Shown: one piece after another, positions 1-11,787 of the stretch
Layout of the letters: every line of letters begins with the position of its first letter
How positions within the stretch are numbered: position 1 is the first letter of the stretch
Assembly: GCF_000039765.1 (NCBI RefSeq)
Contig: NC_004459.3
Coordinates: 960,001-992,000 of the forward strand
Origin: Vibrio vulnificus CMCP6
Lineage (GTDB): Bacteria > Pseudomonadota > Gammaproteobacteria > Enterobacterales > Vibrionaceae
Length of the DNA stretch: 32,000 nucleotides
Reading direction: 5' to 3'
The notes under the pieces: generated by a model
Seen by the model: the letters and a program-made list of their open reading frames with translations, nothing else
Told to the model about the DNA's origin: nothing
Databases searched by the model: none
Translations under genes and position numbers: made by a program

Positions 1-268
1 AAGCAAGCAGCTCGTCAGCGGAAATACCTTGCTCGGCAAGCTCTTTCGCCATGGATTCAACCTGCTCTCCTTTCCGAGAATTGATAACCTGCTGAAACTG
101 ATAAACGATATCTCTGAGAACATGCAGTGGCACCTGTTTTGCTGCACTGCGAATACGCTCTTCACTTTGATTGCCCAGTTCAACGAGCAACTTGCCGAAC
201 ATAATTTTCTCTGGTGACTCTTCCATTTGTTCAAGGATTCGAGCCATTTCATATGTGGTTAACGACAT
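1..268 (-). CDS. hypothetical protein, N-terminal part (continues off the left edge)
   Basis: Open minus-strand frame from ATG at 268 reading MSLTTYEMARILEQMEESPEKIMFGKLLVELGNQSEERIRSAAKQVPLHVLRDIVYQFQQVI... to the window edge. The plus-strand 29..217 ORF is its antisense. Confidence 0.6.
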   Translation of the reverse strand, partial: MSLTTYEMARILEQMEESPEKIMFGKLLVELGNQSEERIRSAAKQVPLHVLRDIVYQFQQVINSRKGEQVESMAKELAEQGISADELLA

Positions 269-362
269 TACCTATCAATTCCGTTAAGTGTCGAATGGTG
301 GAGTGAGCGACAAATATACACGGCTTCGCCATACAGTAAAACTCTAAATTGGCGTTGCGTGG

Positions 363-1634
363 TTAAGCCACCACGCCTTTGCTGTGCCACTGGCGGCCCA
401 ATTTTGAAAACAGAATCCCTAATGCCGGAACCAGCAGCCACATTTGAATCGCAATCATCAGTTGAGGTTCTAACGCAAAACGCTGCATGGTGCCCACTAA
501 CAGACCCGCACCACTCATTTGGAATAAGCCCAGCAGTGCGGCAGCCGTGCCGGCTTTATCGCCAAATGGCTCTAACGCTTTACCTGCGGCGGCACCAAGA
601 ATCCAAGCAAAGCCGACGGATGACAGGAAGATAGGCAACATAAAGGCAAATGGCGTCGCGGTTTCTGCCATCACCAACATGACTACGCCAGCGATCGCCA
701 GAGTCACCACGCCCACCACCAGTGTATTGTGAGTACCCCATTTATCCATGAACTTAGGTGCCAGCATACAAGCCGCGATATTGATCGCCGCGTTGACACC
801 AAACCAGAAAGTAAATTGGTTCATGGTTAGGCCAAGCCCTTCCATCAACACCACAGGTGCTGAGGTTACGTAAGCGAGGATCACCGCCATCGCCAGCAAA
901 CACAGCGTGGCATGGAAAACAAAAGAAGGGGTACTCAACACGGCCCAGTAGCGGCTGAGTTTAAACACCGCTTGTTTTTCCGTCGCCGGGTTGCTCTCGC
1001 GCATGTTAAACAGCATCAGCGTGCCAACGACAACGGCAAAGCCCGCCATAAAACTGAAGTTAGCGCGCCAGCCAAACTGCTGGGTTAGCCAGCTACCCAG
1101 AATGGGGGCAAGCGCCGGAATGAAACAAATGGCCCCGTTAAGATAGCTGATCATTTTGCCACTTTTCTCTGGGCCGAAAATATCGCGAACTGTCGCAAAG
1201 GCTGCTACCGATGTTGCACACGCACCTAAGCCTTGTAGCAGACGGGATACCAACAACCATTCAATATTCTGCGCGCTCCACGCCAATAAAGCGCTCAGTG
1301 CATAGATGGTGATACCGCCCAATGCAACAGTTCGACGTCCGAGTTTATCTGCTAACGGACCGGCAAACAGTTGACCGACGCCCATCGCAAATAGGAACCA
1401 AGTAATCGTGTCTTGTGCTAATGCGTGTTCAACCGAAAAGGTATTGGAAATAAGTGGCAACGCGGGAAGATAAATATCAATTGCCAACGGGCTGAACAAC
1501 ACAAGCAAGGTTAACAACGCCATTTGTAATTTACTGGTTTGGCTCTGACCTGACACAAAACACTCCAAATTGAACAAGAACTTTGATGAGAGTTTAACCG
1601 CCTCGTGATATGAACGGAAATGATGTATATTCAT
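363..1634 (-). CDS. Bcr/CflA-type MFS drug resistance transporter
   Basis: Translation has the 12-TM MFS pattern: LVLFSPLAIDIYLPALPLI, GQLFAGPLADKLGRR, RLLQGLGACATSVAAFATVRDIF. Start taken at internal Met (MNIHHF); MALLTLLVLF at 1523 is also possible. Confidence 0.85.
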   Translation of the reverse strand: MNIHHFRSYHEAVKLSSKFLFNLECFVSGQSQTSKLQMALLTLLVLFSPLAIDIYLPALPLISNTFSVEHALAQDTITWFLFAMGVGQLFAGPLADKLGRRTVALGGITIYALSALLAWSAQNIEWLLVSRLLQGLGACATSVAAFATVRDIFGPEKSGKMISYLNGAICFIPALAPILGSWLTQQFGWRANFSFMAGFAVVVGTLMLFNMRESNPATEKQAVFKLSRYWAVLSTPSFVFHATLCLLAMAVILAYVTSAPVVLMEGLGLTMNQFTFWFGVNAAINIAACMLAPKFMDKWGTHNTLVVGVVTLAIAGVVMLVMAETATPFAFMLPIFLSSVGFAWILGAAAGKALEPFGDKAGTAAALLGLFQMSGAGLLVGTMQRFALEPQLMIAIQMWLLVPALGILFSKLGRQWHSKGVVA

Positions 1635-1662
1635 CGCTGATATTCTTATTGGGAAATTCAGA

Positions 1663-2604
1663 ATGAACATCGAAAAACTCTCCCGCCTCGACCTTAATCT
1701 CCTAGTCTGCTTGAAAGTGCTGTTCGAGGAACTCAATGTGACTCGCACTGCGCATCGACTTTGTTTAAGTCAATCAGCGGTGAGTAAAGCGCTGGCAAAA
1801 CTGCGCCAACAGTTCGATGATCCCTTATTCGTTCGACATTCACACGGGCTTACTCCGACAGCGCGAGCGCTGTTTCTCAAACCGAAACTGGATCTGTTGA
1901 TCAATCAGTTAGAGCATCTTACTTTGCCGGAAGAGTTTCACCCTGAAAGCAGCGAATACCGCTTTCGTATTGCCGCAGTGGAAAGTGTGTATCCCCTGAT
2001 CTTGCCGCACTTTCTGCCATCGATTTTCCAGCAAGCGCCCAACGTCACCATCAGCACTCATTCATGGTCAGAACAGACCTTCAAAATGTTGCAGCGCGGT
2101 GAACTGGATTTGGGTATGACTGGCAAAGACATCGACATCAACGATGCCAAGCTCACCATGCTGCCGCCGTTTGATATTTGTGAGCAGGAAATTTATCGCG
2201 ACAATCAGATGTGCGTAGTGCGAAAAAACCACCCAGCGCTGCAGCAGCCTTGGCATTTGGAAAACTACTTATCGCTGCGCCACGTGCAAGTACGCTGTGA
2301 CGGTAATGAACGCTGGCTGTTAGATTATCGCCTCGCAGATATTGGCCGTGAGCGCGATATCGCCATCACCGTACCCGACTTCAATAGTGCCGCGAACCTC
2401 TGTTCTTACACCGACTTTGTCTTCACCGCACCCAGCCACTTTGTCTTGCTCGCCGCCAAACAACTCGATTTACAGGTGCTGCCTTTGCCGATCGAATTTC
2501 CACCGATGGCATACACTCTGTTTTGGCACAAAGACAGAGAAAATGACCCAGCCTTAAGTTGGCTACGCAACATGATCACACAGAAAACCCTGCACCTTAG
2601 GTAA
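1663..2604 (+). CDS. LysR family transcriptional regulator
   Basis: N-terminal LysR HTH (LDLNLLVCLKVLFEELNVTRTAHRLCLSQSAVSKALAKLRQQFDDPLFVR); 313 aa. Confidence 0.9.
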   Translation: MNIEKLSRLDLNLLVCLKVLFEELNVTRTAHRLCLSQSAVSKALAKLRQQFDDPLFVRHSHGLTPTARALFLKPKLDLLINQLEHLTLPEEFHPESSEYRFRIAAVESVYPLILPHFLPSIFQQAPNVTISTHSWSEQTFKMLQRGELDLGMTGKDIDINDAKLTMLPPFDICEQEIYRDNQMCVVRKNHPALQQPWHLENYLSLRHVQVRCDGNERWLLDYRLADIGRERDIAITVPDFNSAANLCSYTDFVFTAPSHFVLLAAKQLDLQVLPLPIEFPPMAYTLFWHKDRENDPALSWLRNMITQKTLHLR

Positions 2605-2760
2605 AAATTTCGCCAATTGATTGCGCTGTTGGGCTAAAATGAGTAGCTTAACCGCCGATAGTCCTCCGGGCTCATCTATGGTCTGTGGTCCTTACATGGA
2701 AGATAAGGAGCAGCTCCCAACCTGAGCAAACGGAGCAAAAAGAACAAAGGAATCGTACAG

Positions 2761-4548
2761 ATGCACAAATCAACTCACGAGCGTGTTGTTGCCATTCGCA
2801 CTTGGTTGCAGCAGCACAATATCGACGCCCTACTCGTCCCACACGAAGACGAATACCTAGGTGAATATGTTCCCGACCATAACGAGCGCTTACATTGGCT
2901 AACTGGCTTTACCGGTTCCGCCGGCGCTGCCGTTATCACCCAAGAAAAAGCCGCCATGTTTGTTGATGGTCGCTACACTGTTCAGGTGACCAAACAAGTT
3001 CCTGCCGATTTGTTTGAGTATCGCCATTTGATTGAAGAGCCAGCGCTTGAATGGTTGCAAGAAAACCTCGCTCGTGGTGCATCTGTGGCCATTGACCCAC
3101 GCATGCACAGCGCCGCTTGGCTAAACATGGCACAAGCGAAATTGGCGGGTGTGCTTGAGCTTACCATTCTCGACAGCAATCCGATTGATGAGTTGTGGCA
3201 TGATCGCCCACAACCTGTGGTTTCTGACGTTCGACTGATGTCGACAGAGGCCGTCGGCCAAAGCTCTGCCGATAAACGCGCGAACATCGCACAGCTGATC
3301 ACAAAGCAAGGCGTTGATAGCGCCGTTATCACCGCGCTAGATTCGATTTGCTGGTTGCTCAACGTCCGCGGTTTGGACGTCTCTCGCTTACCAGTATTAC
3401 TGTCCCACGCGATTCTGCATGCTGATGGCCAGGTAGAGTTCTTCCTCGATCCTGCTCGCTTACCTGAAGGGTTTGATGTTCATGTCGGCCAAGGGGTGCA
3501 CGTTTTCCATCCTGAGACGCTGCAAGCTCGCCTTGAAAGCTTGACGGGCAAAAAAGTTCTGCTCGATGCCGGCACCAGTAACGCATGGTTTAAACTGGTT
3601 CTGCAAAACGCAGGCGCCGTCGTTGTCCCGGGTGCAGATCCTTGTTTGATGCCGAAAGCCGCCAAAAATGCGGTTGAAATTTCCGGCATGAAAGCATGTC
3701 ACCTGCGCGATGGTGCTGCGATGGTCAAGTTCCTAAGTTGGCTTGACGCACAAGTGGCACAAGGTATTTTGCACGATGAAGCAACTTTGGCCGACAAACT
3801 GGAAGCCATTCGCCGCGAAGATCCCACTCTGAAGGATTTGAGTTTCGATACCATTTCGGCAGCCGGCAGCAACGCTGCGATGTGTCACTACAATCATCAA
3901 AACCAGCCTCAACCAGGCCAACTCAGCATGGATACGCTCTACTTAGTTGACTCTGGCGGCCAATATCTTGATGGCACCACCGACATCACTCGTACGGTTG
4001 CCATCGGCCAACCTTCAGCAGAAATGATCAAGCAGTTTACTTTGGCTCTGAAAGGCCATATTGGTGTGGCTCGCGCTCGTTTCCCGAAAGGCACTCGTGG
4101 CTATCAAATTGATACCCTGGCTCGTCAACACCTATGGGCGGAAGGCTACGACTATGATCATGGTACTGGTCACGGTGTGGGCCACTTCCTGAGCGTGCAT
4201 GAAGGCCCAGCCAGCATTTCAAAACGTCAGATCGACGTGCCTCTTGTCGAAGGGATGGTGCTCTCTAACGAACCAGGTTACTACCGCGCGGACGCGTTTG
4301 GTATTCGTATCGAAAACTTGGAATTAGTGGTTGAGAAGCAAACCCAAGGTGACTTCCCTATCTTGACCTTTGAATCTCTGACTCGCTGTCCAATCGACAA
4401 ACGTAACATCAATGTCGATATGCTCACGCGTCCTGAACTCGCTTGGCTAAATGACTACCACCAAAAAGTGTGGGATGACATTAGCCCATTGGTTGAAGGT
4501 GACGCGCAAGTTTGGCTACGTGAAGCGACGCTACCACTCAGCCACTGA
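2761..4548 (+). CDS. Xaa-Pro aminopeptidase (M24 family, aminopeptidase P)
   Basis: 595 aa. M24 signatures HYNHQNQP, LVDSGGQYLDGTTDITRT, DYDHGTGHGVGHFLSVHEGP and GMVLSNEPGYY. Confidence 0.9.
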   Translation: MHKSTHERVVAIRTWLQQHNIDALLVPHEDEYLGEYVPDHNERLHWLTGFTGSAGAAVITQEKAAMFVDGRYTVQVTKQVPADLFEYRHLIEEPALEWLQENLARGASVAIDPRMHSAAWLNMAQAKLAGVLELTILDSNPIDELWHDRPQPVVSDVRLMSTEAVGQSSADKRANIAQLITKQGVDSAVITALDSICWLLNVRGLDVSRLPVLLSHAILHADGQVEFFLDPARLPEGFDVHVGQGVHVFHPETLQARLESLTGKKVLLDAGTSNAWFKLVLQNAGAVVVPGADPCLMPKAAKNAVEISGMKACHLRDGAAMVKFLSWLDAQVAQGILHDEATLADKLEAIRREDPTLKDLSFDTISAAGSNAAMCHYNHQNQPQPGQLSMDTLYLVDSGGQYLDGTTDITRTVAIGQPSAEMIKQFTLALKGHIGVARARFPKGTRGYQIDTLARQHLWAEGYDYDHGTGHGVGHFLSVHEGPASISKRQIDVPLVEGMVLSNEPGYYRADAFGIRIENLELVVEKQTQGDFPILTFESLTRCPIDKRNINVDMLTRPELAWLNDYHQKVWDDISPLVEGDAQVWLREATLPLSH

Positions 4549-4582
4549 TAAGCAAATAGACACTGTCATTTGCAAACAATAG

Positions 4583-4617
4583 AAAAAGGGTTAAGGCATT
4601 TTGCCTTAACCCTTTTT
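4583..4617. terminator. bidirectional Rho-independent terminator between the aminopeptidase gene and thiH
   Basis: AAAAAGGGTTAAGGCA-TTT-TGCCTTAACCCTTTTT: long perfect stem with A and T tracts on the two sides, between convergent genes. Confidence 0.9.
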
Positions 4618-4731
4618 GTTTCACGTGAAACATATCCACATGCCACTTTCGCTCTTTGCTGACATTATCGAACCGCGCTCAGACTCGCTCGATAACGACT
4701 GTATTGCCTAAGATAAGATTAGCTTTTTTGG

Positions 4732-5856
4732 TTAAGAGAAGCGAGCCCCAGAATAGGCGGCATGCCAATCGCGCCATACGGGATCGAACCCTTTACTACG
4801 AATCATCTGCTCCACTTCCGCCGCACTCCTTTCATCACTGATCTCAAACTGCTCGAGTTCAACATCAGGCATCGCATAACCGCCCGGCTGAGTTTTCGAT
4901 GCCGCTGACATCGACGTAATACCCAGTGGCAGTACGTTATCGCGAAACAGTGCCGATTCGCGTGTAGACAACGATAGCTCGACTTCTGGATTAAACAAAC
5001 GATAGGCACAAATCAGCTGAACCAGCTGCTTATCACTCATTACCGATTTAGGCTGCAACGCCCCTGCGCAAGGACGCAAGCGAGGAAATGAAATTGAATA
5101 GCGTGTCTGCCAATAGGTACGTTCCAAATAGTCCAGATGCGCAGCAACGTAGAAGCAGTCCGTACGCCACTCCTCCAAGCCGATCAGTGCACCAATGCCA
5201 ATTTTATCGATCCCCGCTCGCGCCAAACGGTCAGGCGTTTCGAGACGATAGTTGAAATTGGTTTTGTTGCCACGCAAGTGATGTTGTGCGTAAGTCGCAG
5301 GGTGATACGTTTCCTGATAAACCATCACAGCGTCCAAACCCAAAAGCTTCAACTCTTGATAATGCTCTTGGCTAAGCGGCTGCACTTCCATCGCTAGATA
5401 GTTAAAAGCGCGTTTGATTTGCGGCAGCACTTGGCGGAAATAATTCATACCAACCTTGCCTTCATGCTCACCCGTCACCAGCAAAACGCTGTCAAACTTC
5501 ATTGCCTTAATCGCCGCCATTTCTGCATAGATTTCTTGCACCGTGAGTGTGCGGCGCTTTAGGCGATTCTCCATCGAGAAGCCACAATACGTACACGCAT
5601 TGGCACAGAGATTGGAAAGATACAGTGGTATATAGAGCGATAACGTATTACCAAAACGTTTACGGGTTAACGCATAGGAACGCTGCGCCATCGCTTCTAG
5701 ATAGTGCTCCGCGGCTGGCGAAATCAGCGCTTTAAAGTCTTCTAAATCGAGTTTGTTTTTACTCAGCGCTCGCTCGACATCGAGCGCGGTTTTAGAGTAG
5801 ATCGATAATCGAATATCGTCCCAATTGAGCTGATTAAAATGTTCGACGAAACTCAT
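4732..5856 (-). CDS. thiH: 2-iminoacetate synthase ThiH
   Basis: Radical SAM CxxxCxxC (CANACTYCGFSMENR) and last position in a thi operon; 374 aa. Confidence 0.96.
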   Translation of the reverse strand: MSFVEHFNQLNWDDIRLSIYSKTALDVERALSKNKLDLEDFKALISPAAEHYLEAMAQRSYALTRKRFGNTLSLYIPLYLSNLCANACTYCGFSMENRLKRRTLTVQEIYAEMAAIKAMKFDSVLLVTGEHEGKVGMNYFRQVLPQIKRAFNYLAMEVQPLSQEHYQELKLLGLDAVMVYQETYHPATYAQHHLRGNKTNFNYRLETPDRLARAGIDKIGIGALIGLEEWRTDCFYVAAHLDYLERTYWQTRYSISFPRLRPCAGALQPKSVMSDKQLVQLICAYRLFNPEVELSLSTRESALFRDNVLPLGITSMSAASKTQPGGYAMPDVELEQFEISDERSAAEVEQMIRSKGFDPVWRDWHAAYSGARFS

Positions 5857-5892
5857 GGTGTTGCTCCGGTCAACAGACGGCCCTTTCTTTTG

Positions 5893-6666
5893 CTAAGAAA
5901 GGCACTCATCGAGAAAAGAGGTCAATGGGCTGGATGCCACCGCATGCGACACTTTGCCTGCAAGCCCCGACTCATACGCCAAACGCCCTGCCTCAACCGC
6001 CAATTTGAATGCACGGGCCATGGCGATGGGATCGCGTGCAGCGGCGATCGCGGTATTCACCAGCACCGCATCAGCACCCAGTTCCATCGCATAGGCAGCA
6101 TGAGACGGTGCGCCAATCCCCGCATCCACCACAACAGGAACCTTCGCTTGGTCGATGATGATTTGTAAGAAGTCTTGCGAAACCAAGCCTTTGTTTGAGC
6201 CAATTGGCGCTCCCAAAGGCATGACGGCAGCGCAACCTACTTCTTCCAATCGCTTACACAACACCGGGTCTGCATGGCAATAAGGCAACACCACAAAGCC
6301 GTCTTTGACTAGCTGCTCTGCTGCCGCCAATGTTTCAATCGGATCGGGCATCAGGTATTTCGGATCGGGATGAATTTCCAATTTCAGCCAATTAGTGCCC
6401 AATGCTTCACGCGCTAAATGCGCGGCAAAAATGGCGTCTTTGGCGTTTTTGGCACCAGAGGTATTAGGTAGCAAATTAACACCCGCTGACAACAGTGGTG
6501 ACAAGATGTCATCTTGCTGATTGTGGATATCCACCCTTTTCAGCGCCATAGTGGCGAGCTGTGAACCTGATTGTTCGATGGCTTGTGACATCAATTGGCT
6601 GTTGGCAAATTTACCGGTGCCCGTGAACAAGCGAGAATGAAATTGTTTGTCTGCGATTTTGAGCAT
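5893..6666 (-). CDS. thiG: thiazole synthase ThiG
   Basis: [20 protein letters not shown]...MALKRVDI...[33 protein letters not shown]. The ORF track extends upstream to 6828, but the conserved start is ATG at 6666. Confidence 0.96.
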   Translation of the reverse strand: MLKIADKQFHSRLFTGTGKFANSQLMSQAIEQSGSQLATMALKRVDIHNQQDDILSPLLSAGVNLLPNTSGAKNAKDAIFAAHLAREALGTNWLKLEIHPDPKYLMPDPIETLAAAEQLVKDGFVVLPYCHADPVLCKRLEEVGCAAVMPLGAPIGSNKGLVSQDFLQIIIDQAKVPVVVDAGIGAPSHAAYAMELGADAVLVNTAIAAARDPIAMARAFKLAVEAGRLAYESGLAGKVSHAVASSPLTSFLDECLS

Positions 6667-6670
6667 GTGC

Positions 6671-6880
6671 TTATCCTCCAGCAATCGCCTGAAATAGTGA
6701 GATAGCATCACCACGACTGAGCGTTTTGGTTTGCCATTCGCTGTGTGGGACAACTTGATTATTGATTGCAAACACACAACCCAAGTTAGGTAGTGAAAGA
6801 TGCTCAATAATGGATGCCAAAGTCGCATTGGTTGGCACCTCGTAGCTTTCGCCGTTGATACTAATTGCTATGGTGTTCAT
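6671..6880 (-). CDS. thiS: sulfur carrier protein ThiS
   Basis: 69 aa ubiquitin-like protein ending in the diagnostic GG (FQAIAGG), between thiF and thiG. Confidence 0.95.
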   Translation of the reverse strand: MNTIAISINGESYEVPTNATLASIIEHLSLPNLGCVFAINNQVVPHSEWQTKTLSRGDAISLFQAIAGG

Positions 6881-7697
6881 TGCTTGATTCCTGTTTCTGA
6901 ATCTGACAAACGCGGCAACTTGGATCTTTCACTACTGCCAAATGCTGCCAACTTAACTTGAGCCCATCAAACAGATGCAACTGATGGCAAGTGGTTTGAA
7001 ACGCGCCCGTTGCCAGCTTTTGAATCGTTGCGATTGCCTGATAATTTCCCATTAGCCCCACGACAGGGCCAATCACCCCAGCATCACTGCACTTGGTCTG
7101 CATGGCATTTTCTGCAAATGGAAATAGGCAGTGGTAGCACGGAGGGTTTACTGAACTCGCGGCCGACGAGGTATCTTGCTGGGATTGGATTGAGTGGTAT
7201 GAGCTAAAATCAAACGCAATGAATTGCCCTTTCCAGCCAATTGCCGAGGCCGACACTAATGGGGTACGTTGATTCAGGCAGGCTTGGTTGATCAGTTGGC
7301 GCGATGGAAAGTTGTCCGTACAATCGAGCACAATGTCCGCCAACATCACTTCCAAGTTGAGACGTTCTTCATCCAAACGGTGGCTAATGGTGCGAACGCG
7401 CAATTCTGCATTGAGCTGCTTCAATTGCTCTGCGAGTGCATCCACTTTGGGGCTGGCGAGATGTTGCTGACGAAACGCAATTTGACGCTGCAAGTTACTC
7501 TCTTCAACCACATCATCATCCACCAACACTAAATGGCCAACGCCCGCAGCAGCCAAATAAAGCGCCGCTGCGTTACCAAGACCACCGCAACCGATGATCA
7601 GCACATGTGCTTGAAGTAAGTTGGCTTGCCCTGACTCACCAAATTCCGTTAATGCAATTTGTCTTTGATAACGAGTAAAGAGCCGATCAACCAACAT
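6861..7697 (-). CDS. thiF: ThiS adenylyltransferase ThiF
   Basis: [52 protein letters not shown], and CxxC pairs (CYHC, CRVC). Start could also be at 7721. Confidence 0.93.
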   Translation of the reverse strand: MLVDRLFTRYQRQIALTEFGESGQANLLQAHVLIIGCGGLGNAAALYLAAAGVGHLVLVDDDVVEESNLQRQIAFRQQHLASPKVDALAEQLKQLNAELRVRTISHRLDEERLNLEVMLADIVLDCTDNFPSRQLINQACLNQRTPLVSASAIGWKGQFIAFDFSSYHSIQSQQDTSSAASSVNPPCYHCLFPFAENAMQTKCSDAGVIGPVVGLMGNYQAIATIQKLATGAFQTTCHQLHLFDGLKLSWQHLAVVKDPSCRVCQIQKQESSNEHHSN

Positions 7698-9021
7698 GAT
7701 TGGCCTCACTTGTTGGCTCAAGACTATGTGTGGATACTGAGTCTAAACGCAGCAGTGTTGTGTTAGGTGCCATCACTTGCTTGAAGTACTCTATTACCGC
7801 TTTCACATCTTTCGCCAAGGTAATCGCTCTCACTACCGCTAATGAAGAGACACCACATTGCCATACTGTCGCCGCATTGCTTTGATCAATACCACCAATG
7901 GCTACCGTGGGAACGCCGGTGATGGACTCATCATAAGGTATGGTATCAATCAATTGCTGATAGAGTTTTAATCTCACCAGCCCTTGCGGTAATGAAGGCA
8001 TTTGTTTTGTGGTGGTCGGGAAAATGTGCCCCAATGCGATGTAACTTGGCTGGAGTTGAACAATGCGTAACAGCTCATAATAACCATGCGTAGATAACCC
8101 TAACGCAATGCCTGCATTCGTCAGGGCGGCTAAATCAGCCACCTGCAAATCTTCCTGCCCTAGATGTACGCCATAGGCTTGATACTGAATAGCTAACTGC
8201 CAGTAGTCGTTGATATAGACTTTCGCGCCATAGTCACGACCTAGCTGGATCGCACGCACAATCTGTTGCTCCAAATCGACTTGGTTTGGATCTTTAATCC
8301 GCAATTGGACCGTTTTAATCCCCAAAGGCAATAACTTCTCAATCCAACTGACATCATCAACCACCGGATAGAGCCCTAACTGTTGAGCGATAACCCGCGG
8401 AAACGCTTTTGTTAGCCCTTCTAGATTGTGGCTTGGTAAGATGCCGAACTCATCCAAATGCAACACTGGTGTAGGAAACAAAGCAAAATCCGACACCCAT
8501 GTTTCACGTGAAACATTCAACATCGCACGCGCCAAAGTAAGGCAATCTTCGATTGGGAAATCAAGAGCACTGAGCGTGACCACCCACGCTAAATGTCGAT
8601 AAATCGATTCTACGCTCTCGTTTTGAGAGTGGTTTTGTCGTGATAAAAATCGTAGTGCGCGAGTTTCATCGGCTAAAGGATGTTGCCAAACATCAAACGC
8701 CTCACCTTGCTCCCCTTGCAAATTGATCAACAGCGTCTTGGCCTTGCACTCTGAGCCCAAATAACTGGATACCTCTGTCAGAGCAAGCGAATGATGGTAG
8801 TGAAGCGCAAAGTCATGCGCTCCGAGATGACGACTATCGTTATGGATAAGATCCGTCTCGAATACGACTGTTTTGGCTGAAGAAATCAGTTGCAGTGTAC
8901 GAGTTGGGCTGACGCCCAACTCTATATGGTCAATGGCAAAACCTTGCTGCTTTGCCAAGAGCAAACACTGCTGAATTTCTCCCGTCAGCTCAATAATGGC
9001 AGAAGGAATCAGCAGTCTCAT
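7687..9021 (-). CDS. thiE: thiamine phosphate synthase ThiE with an approximately 200-aa N-terminal extension
   Basis: The C-terminal half carries ThiE motifs (TVQLRIKDP, YGVHLGQEDL, LGHIFPTTTKQMPS, TVAIGGI). 444 aa in total, far longer than stand-alone ThiE. Confidence 0.9.
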   Translation of the reverse strand: MRLLIPSAIIELTGEIQQCLLLAKQQGFAIDHIELGVSPTRTLQLISSAKTVVFETDLIHNDSRHLGAHDFALHYHHSLALTEVSSYLGSECKAKTLLINLQGEQGEAFDVWQHPLADETRALRFLSRQNHSQNESVESIYRHLAWVVTLSALDFPIEDCLTLARAMLNVSRETWVSDFALFPTPVLHLDEFGILPSHNLEGLTKAFPRVIAQQLGLYPVVDDVSWIEKLLPLGIKTVQLRIKDPNQVDLEQQIVRAIQLGRDYGAKVYINDYWQLAIQYQAYGVHLGQEDLQVADLAALTNAGIALGLSTHGYYELLRIVQLQPSYIALGHIFPTTTKQMPSLPQGLVRLKLYQQLIDTIPYDESITGVPTVAIGGIDQSNAATVWQCGVSSLAVVRAITLAKDVKAVIEYFKQVMAPNTTLLRLDSVSTHSLEPTSEANHVG

Positions 9022-9023
9022 AC

Positions 9024-10985
<1,962 letters not shown>

Positions 10986-11121
10986 TTATGCTGGATAAAA
11001 AGGTTTTGGACAAAAATGCTTGGCGGAAAGTTGTGACAAGAGGCGTTGAACACACAATTTAGAGTTTCAATTTGTGGATTCAAGCTTTGATAAGACACCA
11101 GTTCGCACTGGTACAAGTATC

Positions 11122-11207
11122 TTCTCTTGTTCCCTTCGCAGGTTCTAACCTGATCAGGTTCAACGGATCCCGAATAAACGGTCTCAGCCCTAAGGCACTC
11201 CGACAAG
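11122..11207 (-). promoter_or_regulatory. TPP riboswitch (THI element) controlling thiCEFSGH
   Basis: The minus strand reads CTTGTCGGAGTGCCTTAGGGCTGAGACC...GGATCCGTTGAACCTGATCAGGTTAGAACCTGCGAAGGGAACAAGAG. It has the conserved CUGAGA and ACCUGAU...CCUGCGAAGGGAACAAG elements and lies upstream of thiC. Confidence 0.96.
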
Positions 11208-11214
11208 TGAAACG

Positions 11215-11243
11215 ATTATATGAAATCGGCTTGGTTAAACCAA
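11215..11243 (-). promoter_or_regulatory. candidate sigma70 promoter of the thi operon
   Basis: Minus strand TTGGTT-17 nt-TATAAT (-35 at 11243..11238, -10 at 11220..11215). It would start transcription almost exactly at the first base of the TPP aptamer. Confidence 0.6.
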
Positions 11244-11248
11244 GCCGA
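11226..11248. terminator. hairpin downstream of crcB, possibly a weak terminator
   Basis: TCGGCTTGG-TTAAA-CCAAGCCGA, a perfect 9-bp stem in the short crcB/thiC intergenic region. The minus-strand T tract is short (TTTCA). Confidence 0.45.
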
Positions 11249-11283
11249 CCTGTTTAAAATTTAACTCAATTTCGCCCATTGCT

Positions 11284-11664
11284 TCACGATTTAAGTAATT
11301 GGAAGCCTACCCAAGCAGCAGTGATACTCAAGGTCACGTTTAACACTACGTTTAAGCCCATTTTGAAAAATGCGCCTTGCTGCATCAGCAATACGTTATC
11401 CATCGAGAATGTCGAGAACGTTGTTAGTGCACCCAAAAAGCCCAAACCGATTATTTGTCGCCATGGCTCTGTCGCCAACAACTCACTCTCAAAGGCGGCA
11501 ATTAAGAGACCCATAATAAAAGAACCGACCACGTTTACGGTTAACGTGCCATAAGGAAAACCTCTGCCTAACAGCACAACACAGAGCTCTGACACTAAGT
11601 AACGAGAACAAGCGCCAAATGCGCCGCCCAAAGCAATGAAACCCAATATCGCAAATTGACTCAT
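11284..11664 (-). CDS. crcB: fluoride efflux channel CrcB/Fluc
   Basis: 126 aa with GGAFGACSRY, PYGTLTVNVVGSFIMG and LGFLGALTTFSTFS signatures. Confidence 0.95.
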   Translation of the reverse strand: MSQFAILGFIALGGAFGACSRYLVSELCVVLLGRGFPYGTLTVNVVGSFIMGLLIAAFESELLATEPWRQIIGLGFLGALTTFSTFSMDNVLLMQQGAFFKMGLNVVLNVTLSITAAWVGFQLLKS

Positions 11665-11787
11665 AGCAACCTCACAAATCTAATGGCCACATTGTAGCCA
11701 CATCCACACAGAGATCGAGTACAAAAAACAATAATTTCATTTAGACAATGTATCTGTGAATTGCCAAGATTTAAAAAGTTACAGGAG

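Noticed and set aside
2899-4222. Minus-strand ORFs antisense to the aminopeptidase gene (2899..3108, 2936..3133, 2982..3362, 3359..3586, 4037..4222)
   Set aside because: Shadow ORFs of a long high-confidence CDS with no domain signatures or plausible start context.
11665-11787. Possible fluoride (crcB) riboswitch upstream of crcB
   Set aside because: I could not identify the conserved fluoride aptamer features in the short region between the oxidase stop and the crcB start, so no call is made.
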